Below are positions 54,456-64,000 of a DNA stretch of 64,000 nt, in pieces (the first letter of the stretch is position 1; each line of letters opens with the position of its first letter). The DNA is from Trichosphaerium sp. ATCC 40318 (Eukaryota; Protista; Tubulinea), in the NCBI GenBank assembly GCA_038496445.1, contig JALMLS010000322.1, forward strand, positions 1,054,001 to 1,118,000. The letters are read 5' to 3'. Below the pieces are notes generated by a model. It made no database searches, was not told the DNA's origin, and saw only the letters and a program-made list of their open reading frames with translations. Made by a program: the position numbers and the translations under genes.

Positions 54456-54968
54456 TTAGTTTTTGTTTCTAGTGAACAGTTTATCAGTTACAGAGCTCAA
54501 AACACCACCTACAATTTCTGTCGTTACAAATGGAGTGTGTGCGGCAACGTATTCGGAAGAGATATCAATTTGTGCCCAACCGAGTTCTACAAGGGTTTGT
54601 ATGCTTGTTCCATATACTGTACGCGTGATGCCAGCCCATGATTGTGCCGATTGACACATACTGCATGATTCTGCTGTTGTGTATAGTGTAGACGTGTGCC
54701 ATGGCATATCAGCTCCATACATTGAAGAACAGTTCCGTATTGCTTCTATTTCTCCATGTGACGTTGGATCTAAGCTGTGAGGGTTTAATCCTGTGCACAA
54801 GATATCATTAGTGGCTCTGTTTACAATGAGCGCTGCAAAAGGCGCTTTGGGCGATTGTTTCGCGAGTTCAATGGCTATTTTCATGTAGTACTCATCGTGT
54901 ATGTGCTCTGGCGAAGCAAACACAGATCCACTAACCAGGGCCATGAACAGCAGCAACATCCTTGACAT
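54456..54968 (-). CDS. Secreted zinc-dependent nucleoside/nucleobase deaminase (TadA/CDA fold), intronless
   Basis: Signal peptide MSRMLLLFMALVSGSVFA; PFAALIV, DPTSHGEIEAI (HxE), LYTTAESCSMC (CxxC). Confidence 0.88.
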   Translation of the reverse strand: MSRMLLLFMALVSGSVFASPEHIHDEYYMKIAIELAKQSPKAPFAALIVNRATNDILCTGLNPHSLDPTSHGEIEAIRNCSSMYGADMPWHTSTLYTTAESCSMCQSAQSWAGITRTVYGTSIQTLVELGWAQIDISSEYVAAHTPFVTTEIVGGVLSSVTDKLFTRNKN

Positions 54969-55306
54969 TGGTAGTAAGTAGTTGACTAAAGGAGAAAAAT
55001 GCAAATAAATGCAAGACAACCCAATCACGTGTTCGAAGCGTGCAATGCACGTGATGATACCGATTCGCACGTTCCCTCTATCACCTTTCATGAAGCTGAC
55101 GACATAGTCGCTTATTAAACCAGTTGGCCTAACTTTTTAGAAGCACGTGCTACTAAAGAGCAGTGACTGTTATTTAACGCACTTTACACTGTGTGCTTTA
55201 GCAATCATTTATTTATTCGATATTTTTACACTGTGACTGAATTACAGTTCAATCAGCCATAAGGCTGATCTTTATATGATAGTACAAGGTGATGACTTTT
55301 GGTTTG

Positions 55307-57803
55307 TTAACAACATATTGTTAGCCCTACCAAGATTTGAGAGAACTCATTGTTTTGCTTTTCTAGATTGAGCCACGTAAGGTGTTCAACATTGTAGTAC
55401 AGAGACTTTAAGGCAGCTACAGCAGTGCCTACAACACTATGTGACGTCCCATGCTTTGAAGTAACGCACAAAGTGGTTGTATATTGATTGTCTAGTGGCA
55501 TTACAAGCTGCTCATTCCATTCTAAACCCACAAGTTAAAATTTATGTATTACTGGAAACCAACGCATACCTGTGCTCAGCCTTGATCCATTTACGATGTT
55601 TGTTGTCTTTTTCGGGTTTGAGTCACTTCCATCCAGTGTAAACTCAAAATACAAAGGAGGGCACTCAGCTATTATAAAGTAAGCATTGGCCCTGTAGAAT
55701 TTGAGTTCAAGCGTACAATACAAACATGACACAAGGTTCTTTCCACCAAGTACTCTTATCTTCAGCTTTGTCTGCTCAGTAGGCCCCTGTTGACGCTTTG
55801 GTGCTCGTAGACTGAGAGCTGCTAAGCATCTACCTAAGTCCGCACACCATTCTGCTTTAATATCATCTGAATCCGCGATAAATAGATAGACTACATTCTC
55901 AACACTTTTGAGAAGTTGAAATCCATTCGCTGAACAAAAAAAGTAAGACACCTTTTGGAGACTTCGTATCGCTGTTGTTTTGTACCATGTTTTTGTGGAT
56001 TGACATCCAATTTCGCGCCTTGTAGAGCAATATGATATTCATAATAGCGTCGCCTGTAGAATTTTTGTAAATAACAAAGGCGGCAAAGAAGCTGGCAAAA
56101 GCCTCTGAGAAAACTGTCTTGTCGTACGATTTTTTTCTTTTGACAATGATTATCACGTCATTGCATAGTATCGCCAACACCTTTTTTGGAGCTGTATTAG
56201 AACCATCCCTTATTGTTACTAGCATCTCAGTCTCGTTAATAAAATAACGTTCATCATTAACCAGTTCCTAAATTAAACAATGAGATGGATGTGGTGAAAA
56301 ACAAGGAGCAAAAGAGGGCATACAAAGTCAGAAGGTAACCCAATTATCTTCATCTCTTTCAACCTAGCTCTTAAATATGCAAGTTCATGTTGTGTGAACA
56401 TGTTATTTTCTTGTCGCTACAATGAGATATCAGATAGCTGCACGCACATTAATGACATACTGTAATTTCTTCCAAACTGGCCATCAGAGGAGGAATGTCT
56501 CTACTTGTCTGGTCTAGCTCCTGTGCAAGGTTCTAGCAAACAAAAAAAATTAAGAAGTGCAATTCCTTCAGATTTAGGTTACCTCTAGGACTAGCTTATA
56601 CCAAGGAAGTCTTTTGAAAGGAAGGTCTAATAGTTGTTCTAATTTTAAAGTACATTGAGACTCTCGCCTGCATTTCTACAAGAACGTGAGTGATGACAGT
56701 TTAGTCTTTTTTTTTTGTATAATTCTGACCTTTAGAAATGCCGAAGTCTTGGATCCTTTATTCCACTGCCGTATAAGTTTCATTCGTTGTTGCCTTTTAG
56801 AATAGAAGCAAGACATTGGGCTCAGTAAAGCCACCTAAAATTTTATGTCACGTGTCTGTGTAAAGGAAGAATCTGGATAAAAGGAAGGCTGTTGTGTGCG
56901 TACTAGCTCGGTGGAGAAAACTTTGCCAATAACAAACTGTTTCTCTTCCATAGCAGTGTTAAAATGTCTCATCACCTTATGTGACGTTTGGAGATATTTT
57001 TTAAACTACAGAAAGGGGGTCAGGAGTCGGAGCGTTTTAAAAGAGAAACCATATTGGGATGTGGATTCCAAAAACGGTAAAAAACAAAAGAAAAAAAAGG
57101 CTTACATCTAACGGGTCAAAAACAACGTTTACTTCGCTTTGATTAAAGAACCTTGATTCCGATATAGGACCAAGATAATACTAGAAGTTAATGTTAAAAA
57201 CAATACTGTTATTGAAACCACATGCCTTTTTTATGACCTCTATAGTCTGTAGATATTCCGCCTCTAATACCGTAGCGTGAGTGGTGATTATTGGTTCTGT
57301 TAAACTTGTACCCGAAAAGATTAACGAATGTAACGCCTCAACTTGCAAATTCTAAGACTGTTAACATAATAATAAGATATTGGAATGGTATTACCCGCTC
57401 AAATAGTGCGCTGAGGTATTTGCGAAGGTAGTTCAATTCGCTTAGCAAATACTTCGTTATGTTTGCTGGTAGCTTCTGGTAGGAGCAAAGTGCTTGCGTG
57501 TTATAACTGTACAACGCATCTAAATCTTTGACAAGTGCTCTGGCGTCTGCTTCCAGTGTATGGCCTCGTGTTAATCGTAGTATTGCCGATCTACCTTTGT
57601 CAAGGCGTCTACCGTAATGTAAGAATAAATTGAGTGTTGGGTACAAAAACAAACCTAAACGAGTTTTTGTATTCCTGTAGATGCGACGAACCGTCTTTAA
57701 TACGTGTAGGATAATAAATGGAGGTATTGATAACCTCACACAAACTGCTGTACACAGTTGCGCAAGCCACCTTTAGCTCTTGCATAGCGACTTCCCCTAG
57801 CAT
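55307..57803 (-). CDS. RhoGEF (DH) - PH - C2 protein
   Basis: DH: EAEYLQTIEVIKKYYLGPI...LEQLLDLPFKRLPWYKLVLE. PH: NDERYFINETEML...AILCNDVIII...KAEWCADL. C2: LKIRVLGGKNL...LEWNEQL...VVGTA. Confidence 0.8.
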
Positions 57804-57907
57804 GTCTTTTTATACTTATTCGCTTTGTAATACGCATGTCAAGCGTTTTCTAAAGCTGTACATTTTTGCTTACTTTACCGCCAAGTTATAGATAAAGCAC
57901 TAAAACA

Positions 57908-59026
57908 ATGTCCAAGCCATGTGTGTTTGTATTGGTACCGTTCAAAATACCGACTAAGGACTTTGTACTTCAAGTAGCTGAGTATGCGCTTGAAACCAAA
58001 TCTTATGTTGTATTTGGCTTCGAAAGTGCAGATAAATCGTTCTCAGTACGTTGTAGCATGTTGCGTTGAATAACGTTCAACAAAGGAGGTTATGTTTTTG
58101 ATACAGAAGATATACGGAGCATTCACGTCGTTAATTGTATCTCACTCAATGATTATTGATGTTATTGTGACATTCCCAAGCAAAACTGGTTGTGAAGCTC
58201 AATTTGAGCGCTACGACAAGATATTATACCCTAGAGAGTTGAGTGGTACGAAAACGAAGTCATTTGCATTGATTACTAACCCATCAGAGGCAAAGATTTT
58301 ACAAGCCCTTCCACAAAACAAAAAGTACGCAATTCTATCCAAGGAGTACTCATCTGAAGAAATGCCACAACAACGTACGTACTCAAGTACTCCAGTGCTC
58401 ATTGCAGCCTGTTTTAACCACAAATTGCAGCGAACAAACTAGTCACAAAGTATACTTGTGGCTGCTTAGGAGGCACATTTGACCGTCTACATGGTGGGCA
58501 CAGGACGCTCCTATCAGCTGGGGCATTACTTTGCACAGAACGGCTAATTATTGGTAAGTTATTCACGTTCTCTCAAATGGTTTTATTCCGGGTTTCTCAT
58601 AATTTTTAAAGGATTGGCAGATGGTCCGTTACTTGCAAAGAAGTCTAACAAGGAATATCTTCAACCGTTTGCAGAGCGTAAAGCTAACGTTATCCGGTTC
58701 TTGACATGTGTCAATCCAGCGCTGAAAGTAGATGTTATACAGCTCTTGGATGTTGGTGGTCCTGCTCTGGTCGAACCCAATCTTGATGTTATAATCGTAC
58801 GTCACTAGCTACAATGCATGCTTTGTGAGATAATGTAATGGTTTGTTAGTGTTCACCTGAGACAATGTCTGGTTGCAACAAGATTAACGACATTCGAGAA
58901 CAGAAAAAGTTGAAGCCACTTGCTATTTATGGTATTGAGTACATAGCAACAGATGGCACCAACAATGAAGCCAATCGTGTGAGTTCTACAAAGCTTAGAA
59001 AGATTGCTAGTGGAGGAACAGTGTAA
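57908..59026 (+). CDS. Phosphopantetheine adenylyltransferase (eukaryotic PPAT, Cab4/CoaD-like)
   Basis: [16 protein letters not shown] (HxGH), [29 protein letters not shown]. Confidence 0.9.
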
Positions 59027-59269
59027 ACGTAAATTAAAAACCTTCCTTCTTTTTAAATTCAATTTAAGCGCTGGGTGTGTTGAGTACGCTCATGACTACG
59101 CCTTTCACTCCATATAAGTCATGACAGCTGACGTTTTGAGACCTTTGTTGACAGTTTTCAGTCGGCGTTTTATTGCAGCGTTTCGTGTGTAGGTTGCACC
59201 AAGGAAATGTGAAGGAGTAAAAAACCGCGAGTCAGTTGTTAATTATCATAAGTACACCTAAACAGTCCC

Positions 59270-62200
59270 ATGTCGTCTCTATCTCCGTCAAGGCTAGCAG
59301 AGGTGAAAAATTACGCGTTAGCAGTTAAATATTGTTAATACCTCTGTAGGTGCTCCCAACTACAACTATTAGCGTAGAAATAGTTGGTACAGAGATAATA
59401 AAAGGAGTTGCCGCCACAAAACCGTATGTGGTGCGTCAAATACTCTCCCAACACATGCAAATCGCATGGGTGGGTTAAAAAGTACCTATTACTAACACCA
59501 AATGCCAAAGGTATACAAAATACGCGTTAACGTTGATAATGAACCACCTTGGATTGTGAATAGACGATTCCGGCAATTCGCGCAACTAAACGAGGAAGTA
59601 CGTTCATAAAGAAATCACCGTTCACTAATTGTGACAGCTACGCGCAACAGAAAATCTGACTAATAGCACCACATCCGTTGTTCCACGTCACTTTCCAAGC
59701 TGTACGTTTTGTTTTGTATAGTGATTGCAATATTGACACGCCCAACGAACAGCACGTCGATTATTTAATACAGAATCTGTCGTAACAGTAAGAAAGCGTG
59801 CATTAAAATTGGCGACATGGCTACGTGCTGTGGTGTGTACTCGACAATTGGCAGCTACACAAAAAGTATGGAATTTTCTTACTATGGGAAAGATTGTAAA
59901 GTGCGTCAAGTGAACCAATTATACATCCTAACACATAAACAAAGGGAAGCGCCAGGATCTCAGCCCGCATCTTTGCAAAAAGTGCCCATGTCTCAACCCA
60001 AATCTCCCAGAGAGCAATCTCATTCAGGATGGCTTTGGAAACTAAACTCCACTGGACAATGGAAGCGAAGGTAAGAACAAGTCGACTTTTTTCTTCATGT
60101 TTGGATGACTGGAGTAAAAGGTGGTTCGTGTTGCGAGGAGGAGTTCTTTATAAGTACAGCTCTCCTAATGCGAAGACGGTTTCAGACGCGTATGATGTAT
60201 CAGGTACAATTAGTCCTTTTTCTAAAACAAAGCGCTTAATACTATTTCAGGTGGCTTGGCTGATACTTTGGATTTGAATCCAGGTACTATAGCAACAGTA
60301 GATAAGAGGGAGAACCGTAAAACCCAAATGTATGCTACCAAGGCTGGTACTTCAGTGTTTGTGCCTGTCCTCACTAAGAATCAACTCAAACGATTTTCTC
60401 AAGCCGGGTATGCACACATGTATATTGTAAGCAACGAGTTGCTAACCTTTACAAAGGAGTGAGATTAAGCAAGAAGAAAGTCCAAGAAAGTGGCAACCTG
60501 TTGCAGTTTCTAGGACAACGTCTATGGCTCCACGTAAAATAGCTGCTACTACACAGATTAAAAGGAATGATTTTCATCGTGCTATGAGTCTTGGAGTTCA
60601 TCGACCTGAAAACGTTCCTTCAAAAAAAAAGGATTTCAAAGCTGAAGGCAAGTGCTATCGATTCTCGGATTTGATGATTTTCTTTGGATTGTCTGACTCT
60701 TTGATTCAGGCGGTAAGTCTCCTAGGAATGAAAGATCAAGAAAAGCAAAATTACGAGCGACCAAGAACAAGCGCAGAAACTCAAAAAAGTCACCAAAGAA
60801 CCAACAACGACAAATTTTAGTTAGTCTTCGTGTACGTCTCAAAAAATTTATCACTCTCAAGTACACATGGTTTTAACATACACTATAGGGATCAGATGAT
60901 GTTGTAAAAGTAACCATAGATTCAAATACAACAGTTACGCAGCTCATCAATAAGCTCAAGACACCGCCTGGTATGTTGCTTTTTTTGTCTTTTTTTTTTT
61001 TGGTTTTATTAACTGTGCCATAGATAACAAGTACTATGTGGTACTACATCCTCAAACTGGAAAATCTATGGGCCTTGGGATAGTATTGATGTCTATTAAC
61101 TTTGAATCGATAACTGTAAAACTTCGAAGTACTTGATTGATAATTCTAAGTAACGACGAATGTGTTCGCTAAACTCTACTAGGAAAAAAGCGAAGTCCAA
61201 GAAAAGCACCAGAAAACATTACTAGTGATAGTATAGTAGATGAACCAAGGAGAAGACATACAACTGCTGGATCTAAATCACCTACATTGACTTCTCCAAA
61301 ACAGAAGCGCAAGGGATCTAAATCACCTCTCCCTCATCGTAAAAAATCACGTCGGCTATCAGAACTAGCTCGTAAAGTTCCTGAGTTGCGCTTATCACCA
61401 AGAAAAGGACATATTCGTGAACGTAGCCAAAGTAATAGTAGTGTTTCTGTAAGACCATTGAGCATGTCAGCCAGTGTTCCCATGTGCGTTTTATCAGCAA
61501 GGCTATTTTTTTTGTGCCAACTATCCAATTTTTACAGATTTCCTCTAGGTTACCACCGCTTGACAGACTGACTGATCGAGATTCCGATTCCGATTATAGA
61601 CGGTCTCCTAGTCTGAAAAAGAAGCGTATAACGTCGGCTAGACGTGCATTTTCTACGAAGAAAACACCTCGTGGTGGCAACAAACAGACGAAAGATTTTG
61701 AATATTTTATATTTTTTGCCGAGACATTGACAGGAGAGCGATATATTCTGCTCACAGATACAGAAGCAGATAGACAGCGTTGGGTAGAGTGTGTAAACAC
61801 TCAATCCAATAGGGAACGAAGACGCAAAAACTCAACTTGGGATGTACGTTGTCTGCTTGAAATCGATTCATATTTTTTTTTTTGATTGTTTTTGGGACTT
61901 TCTTTGACTTGTTTCATTGTAGGGCAATAATCCAATATTTGGTATTGCGTTATCTGATGTTAAAGAGCAAGATATACAGAATAACGTGCCTTTGTTTTTC
62001 TCTGCAATTATCGATTTTCTTGGTATGCTTCTAGTTTTTTTTTTTTGTCTTTCAGTTGACAGGACATTCCCCTAATGACTTTACAATTTAGAAGCTACAG
62101 AATTAGAAAACGAATATTTATTTACGCGAAGTTCAGATGCTGTATTGCGACAGCAGGTGGATGATCGAATATTTGACATAAGGTTCAACCAACGCTTGTG

Positions 62201-64000
62201 TTTCGCTTTTCAACTAATTTTTTCTCTTTTTTTAACAGCATGGTTGACAGTCCACCAATTGTAAGTGCACTTATCCTTGACTATCTTAAGGCTATGCCAC
62301 ATCCATTAATACCATGGGATTTCTATGATTCATGTTTGGGCGCTTTTGAAGTGAAGGACGCGGTACGAACAATTTTTTTTTTGATTTGTTGATTTATTGA
62401 TATCAATGCTTCAGGCTGCTCGTTTCGAGATTGCCAATTTTGTGCTTCGCAAAATTCCACTGTTGAACTTGGCTGTATTGCGCAAGTTGTTCGCATTCCT
62501 CCATACGTACAGCGCGCAAAAATCAGATAAGATTAAACAGCTTGGGTTAAAGTTCTCTACTCTTGTTTTCAGACCTAAAAACGAGCGATGGCAGAGGAAG
62601 AATTCTCAAAAAGCTCAAAAAGCAACTCGAGCTATGATGACTAATTTTGATGAAATCTTTGGTGATTTACGTTCACCTGATAATCAAAATGATGTTTGGA
62701 ACAAAGGATCTGAAATTCTGGATCTAGAGCTTGAACAATTCCCAGAATACAAGGAAGAGGACCGTGATTGGATGGTAAACCTGGTTTTTTTCTCTTTTTT
62801 TTTCTAATGTTTTTGTGCAGGCTAAAGTTTTGGAATTTATGAAGGACAAGCACTACGAAGGTGATGAAGAGTTTGAGTACGTCATCTGTATACAAAACTT
62901 TTTGCTTAACCAGGTGTAGTTCTGGCGAAGGTGATCTTATACATCACCCACAGACCGAGTCTATTCCGACTCCTCAACCTCCGAAACAAGAGGTCCAACA
63001 GCCAAAAAAAATAGTCAAAGAAATGCCACCGAAAGCACCTTTGCCAAAGCCTAAATCACTGGTTCAACAAGAAGAAGAGTTGTGGGATATTGATGTACGG
63101 ACATCATAGTGCTTTTCTTATACTTGAAACTAATATTGCTGCAGACTGGTGACCTTGATGAATGGGGCGACGATGAACAAGCTTCTGGCTTAAAGGATAA
63201 GATTAAGTTGTTAACTGATGATTGGGACGAAGACGATTTTAACAACTCTAACGTTTCAACTGGTTCTGAAGAGTCTAGCAGTGGCTCTGTTGATTTTTTC
63301 GACCTTCAAAACAGAGGAAAATCAGTACGCTATGAGAAATTTCTTGTTTTGTTTCCCTTCGATGTATATATTCTAACCACTATACTCTTCTTAAGATTGC
63401 AAGTATTAAAACCAAACTTATTGCATACATTGACAAGAAGACATTCGTTAAAGTAGAAGCTGAAAGCGAAGCAAAAAAACTGGAGAATTTATACAAGGTA
63501 CTTTTACATAGTCTCGTTGTCTCATCTTTCTAATACTTTGTTCCCTAGTCTATTGACTTGTCTGATAAGCTCAAAGCTCACTTCTTTGGTGATAATGAGC
63601 AACAAGGAGATTCAACGCCTGTTAAACAAGAAATCAAAGAAGCTCCTAATAAGGAGAACAAGGCTCCAACTCCATCCGTTGTACTACCTCCAACAAGTCC
63701 TATAACGGACATAGAGCTTCCATTGCCTGCAGTGGCTGCCTTGAAACCAAAAGCATCTACCTCAACTGTGTTGGATCCGCCATCCATGGTTATTTCTACG
63801 CCAACAAAGCCTGCTGTCGTTAAGGATGATAATAGTCTTGATAATAGCAAGTCTTATGGAGATATGGACTTTAGCGAGTCTGAGTCTGAGGTACGTCTTT
63901 TACTGCAACAAAAAGTAGCGAAAAACGTGCTTAAACTTGTACTAGTCCTTTGAGGATTCAGAGTCGGATTCTGAGCAAATGAGACTTGCTGCAAGAGAAC
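59270..64000 (+). CDS. PX - split PH - RhoGAP-like protein with acidic/Pro-rich tail (3' partial)
   Basis: PX: KPYVVYKIRV...VNRRFRQFAQLNEEL. PH N-half: HSGWLWKLNSTGQWKRRWFVLRGGVLYKY. PH C-half: ERYILLTDTEADRQRWVECVN. RhoGAP: IFGIAL...VPLFF...LKAMPHPLIP...NLAVLRKLFAFL. Confidence 0.82.

Overview
This is a gene-dense, AT-rich eukaryotic nuclear segment, not prokaryotic. It holds about 27 protein genes, mostly split by many short GT-AG introns (about 35-350 nt), so most entries in the ORF track are exon fragments or shadow ORFs. Standard genetic code is sufficient. Gene content (SH2+TKL kinase, F-box/ARM Aardvark-like gene, GABA-B/Grl-type GPCR, Zn2Cys6 factor) suggests a free-living amoebozoan-like protist; this is inference. 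Genes were reassembled by hand across splice sites, so exon boundaries are predictions. Best candidate for an undescribed system: one spliced gene (18327-23099) fusing an intact ADP-ribosylglycohydrolase (eraser), a PNKP/APTX-type FHA, a UBA/CUE-like domain, an H-Y-E PARP catalytic domain (writer) and an RG tail. Retention of one linker intron would give hydrolase only. Other highlights: a RhoGAP-helical-EF-SH2-SH2-TKL kinase; two RhoGAPs with Thr at the arginine-finger position; a diubiquitin with one K63-less unit; F-box genes carrying LRR or MORN-variant repeats plus decayed copies; five GC-AG introns and one apparent GA-AG intron; and strong over-representation of CACGTG. I saw no rRNA, tRNA, CRISPR array or transposase.
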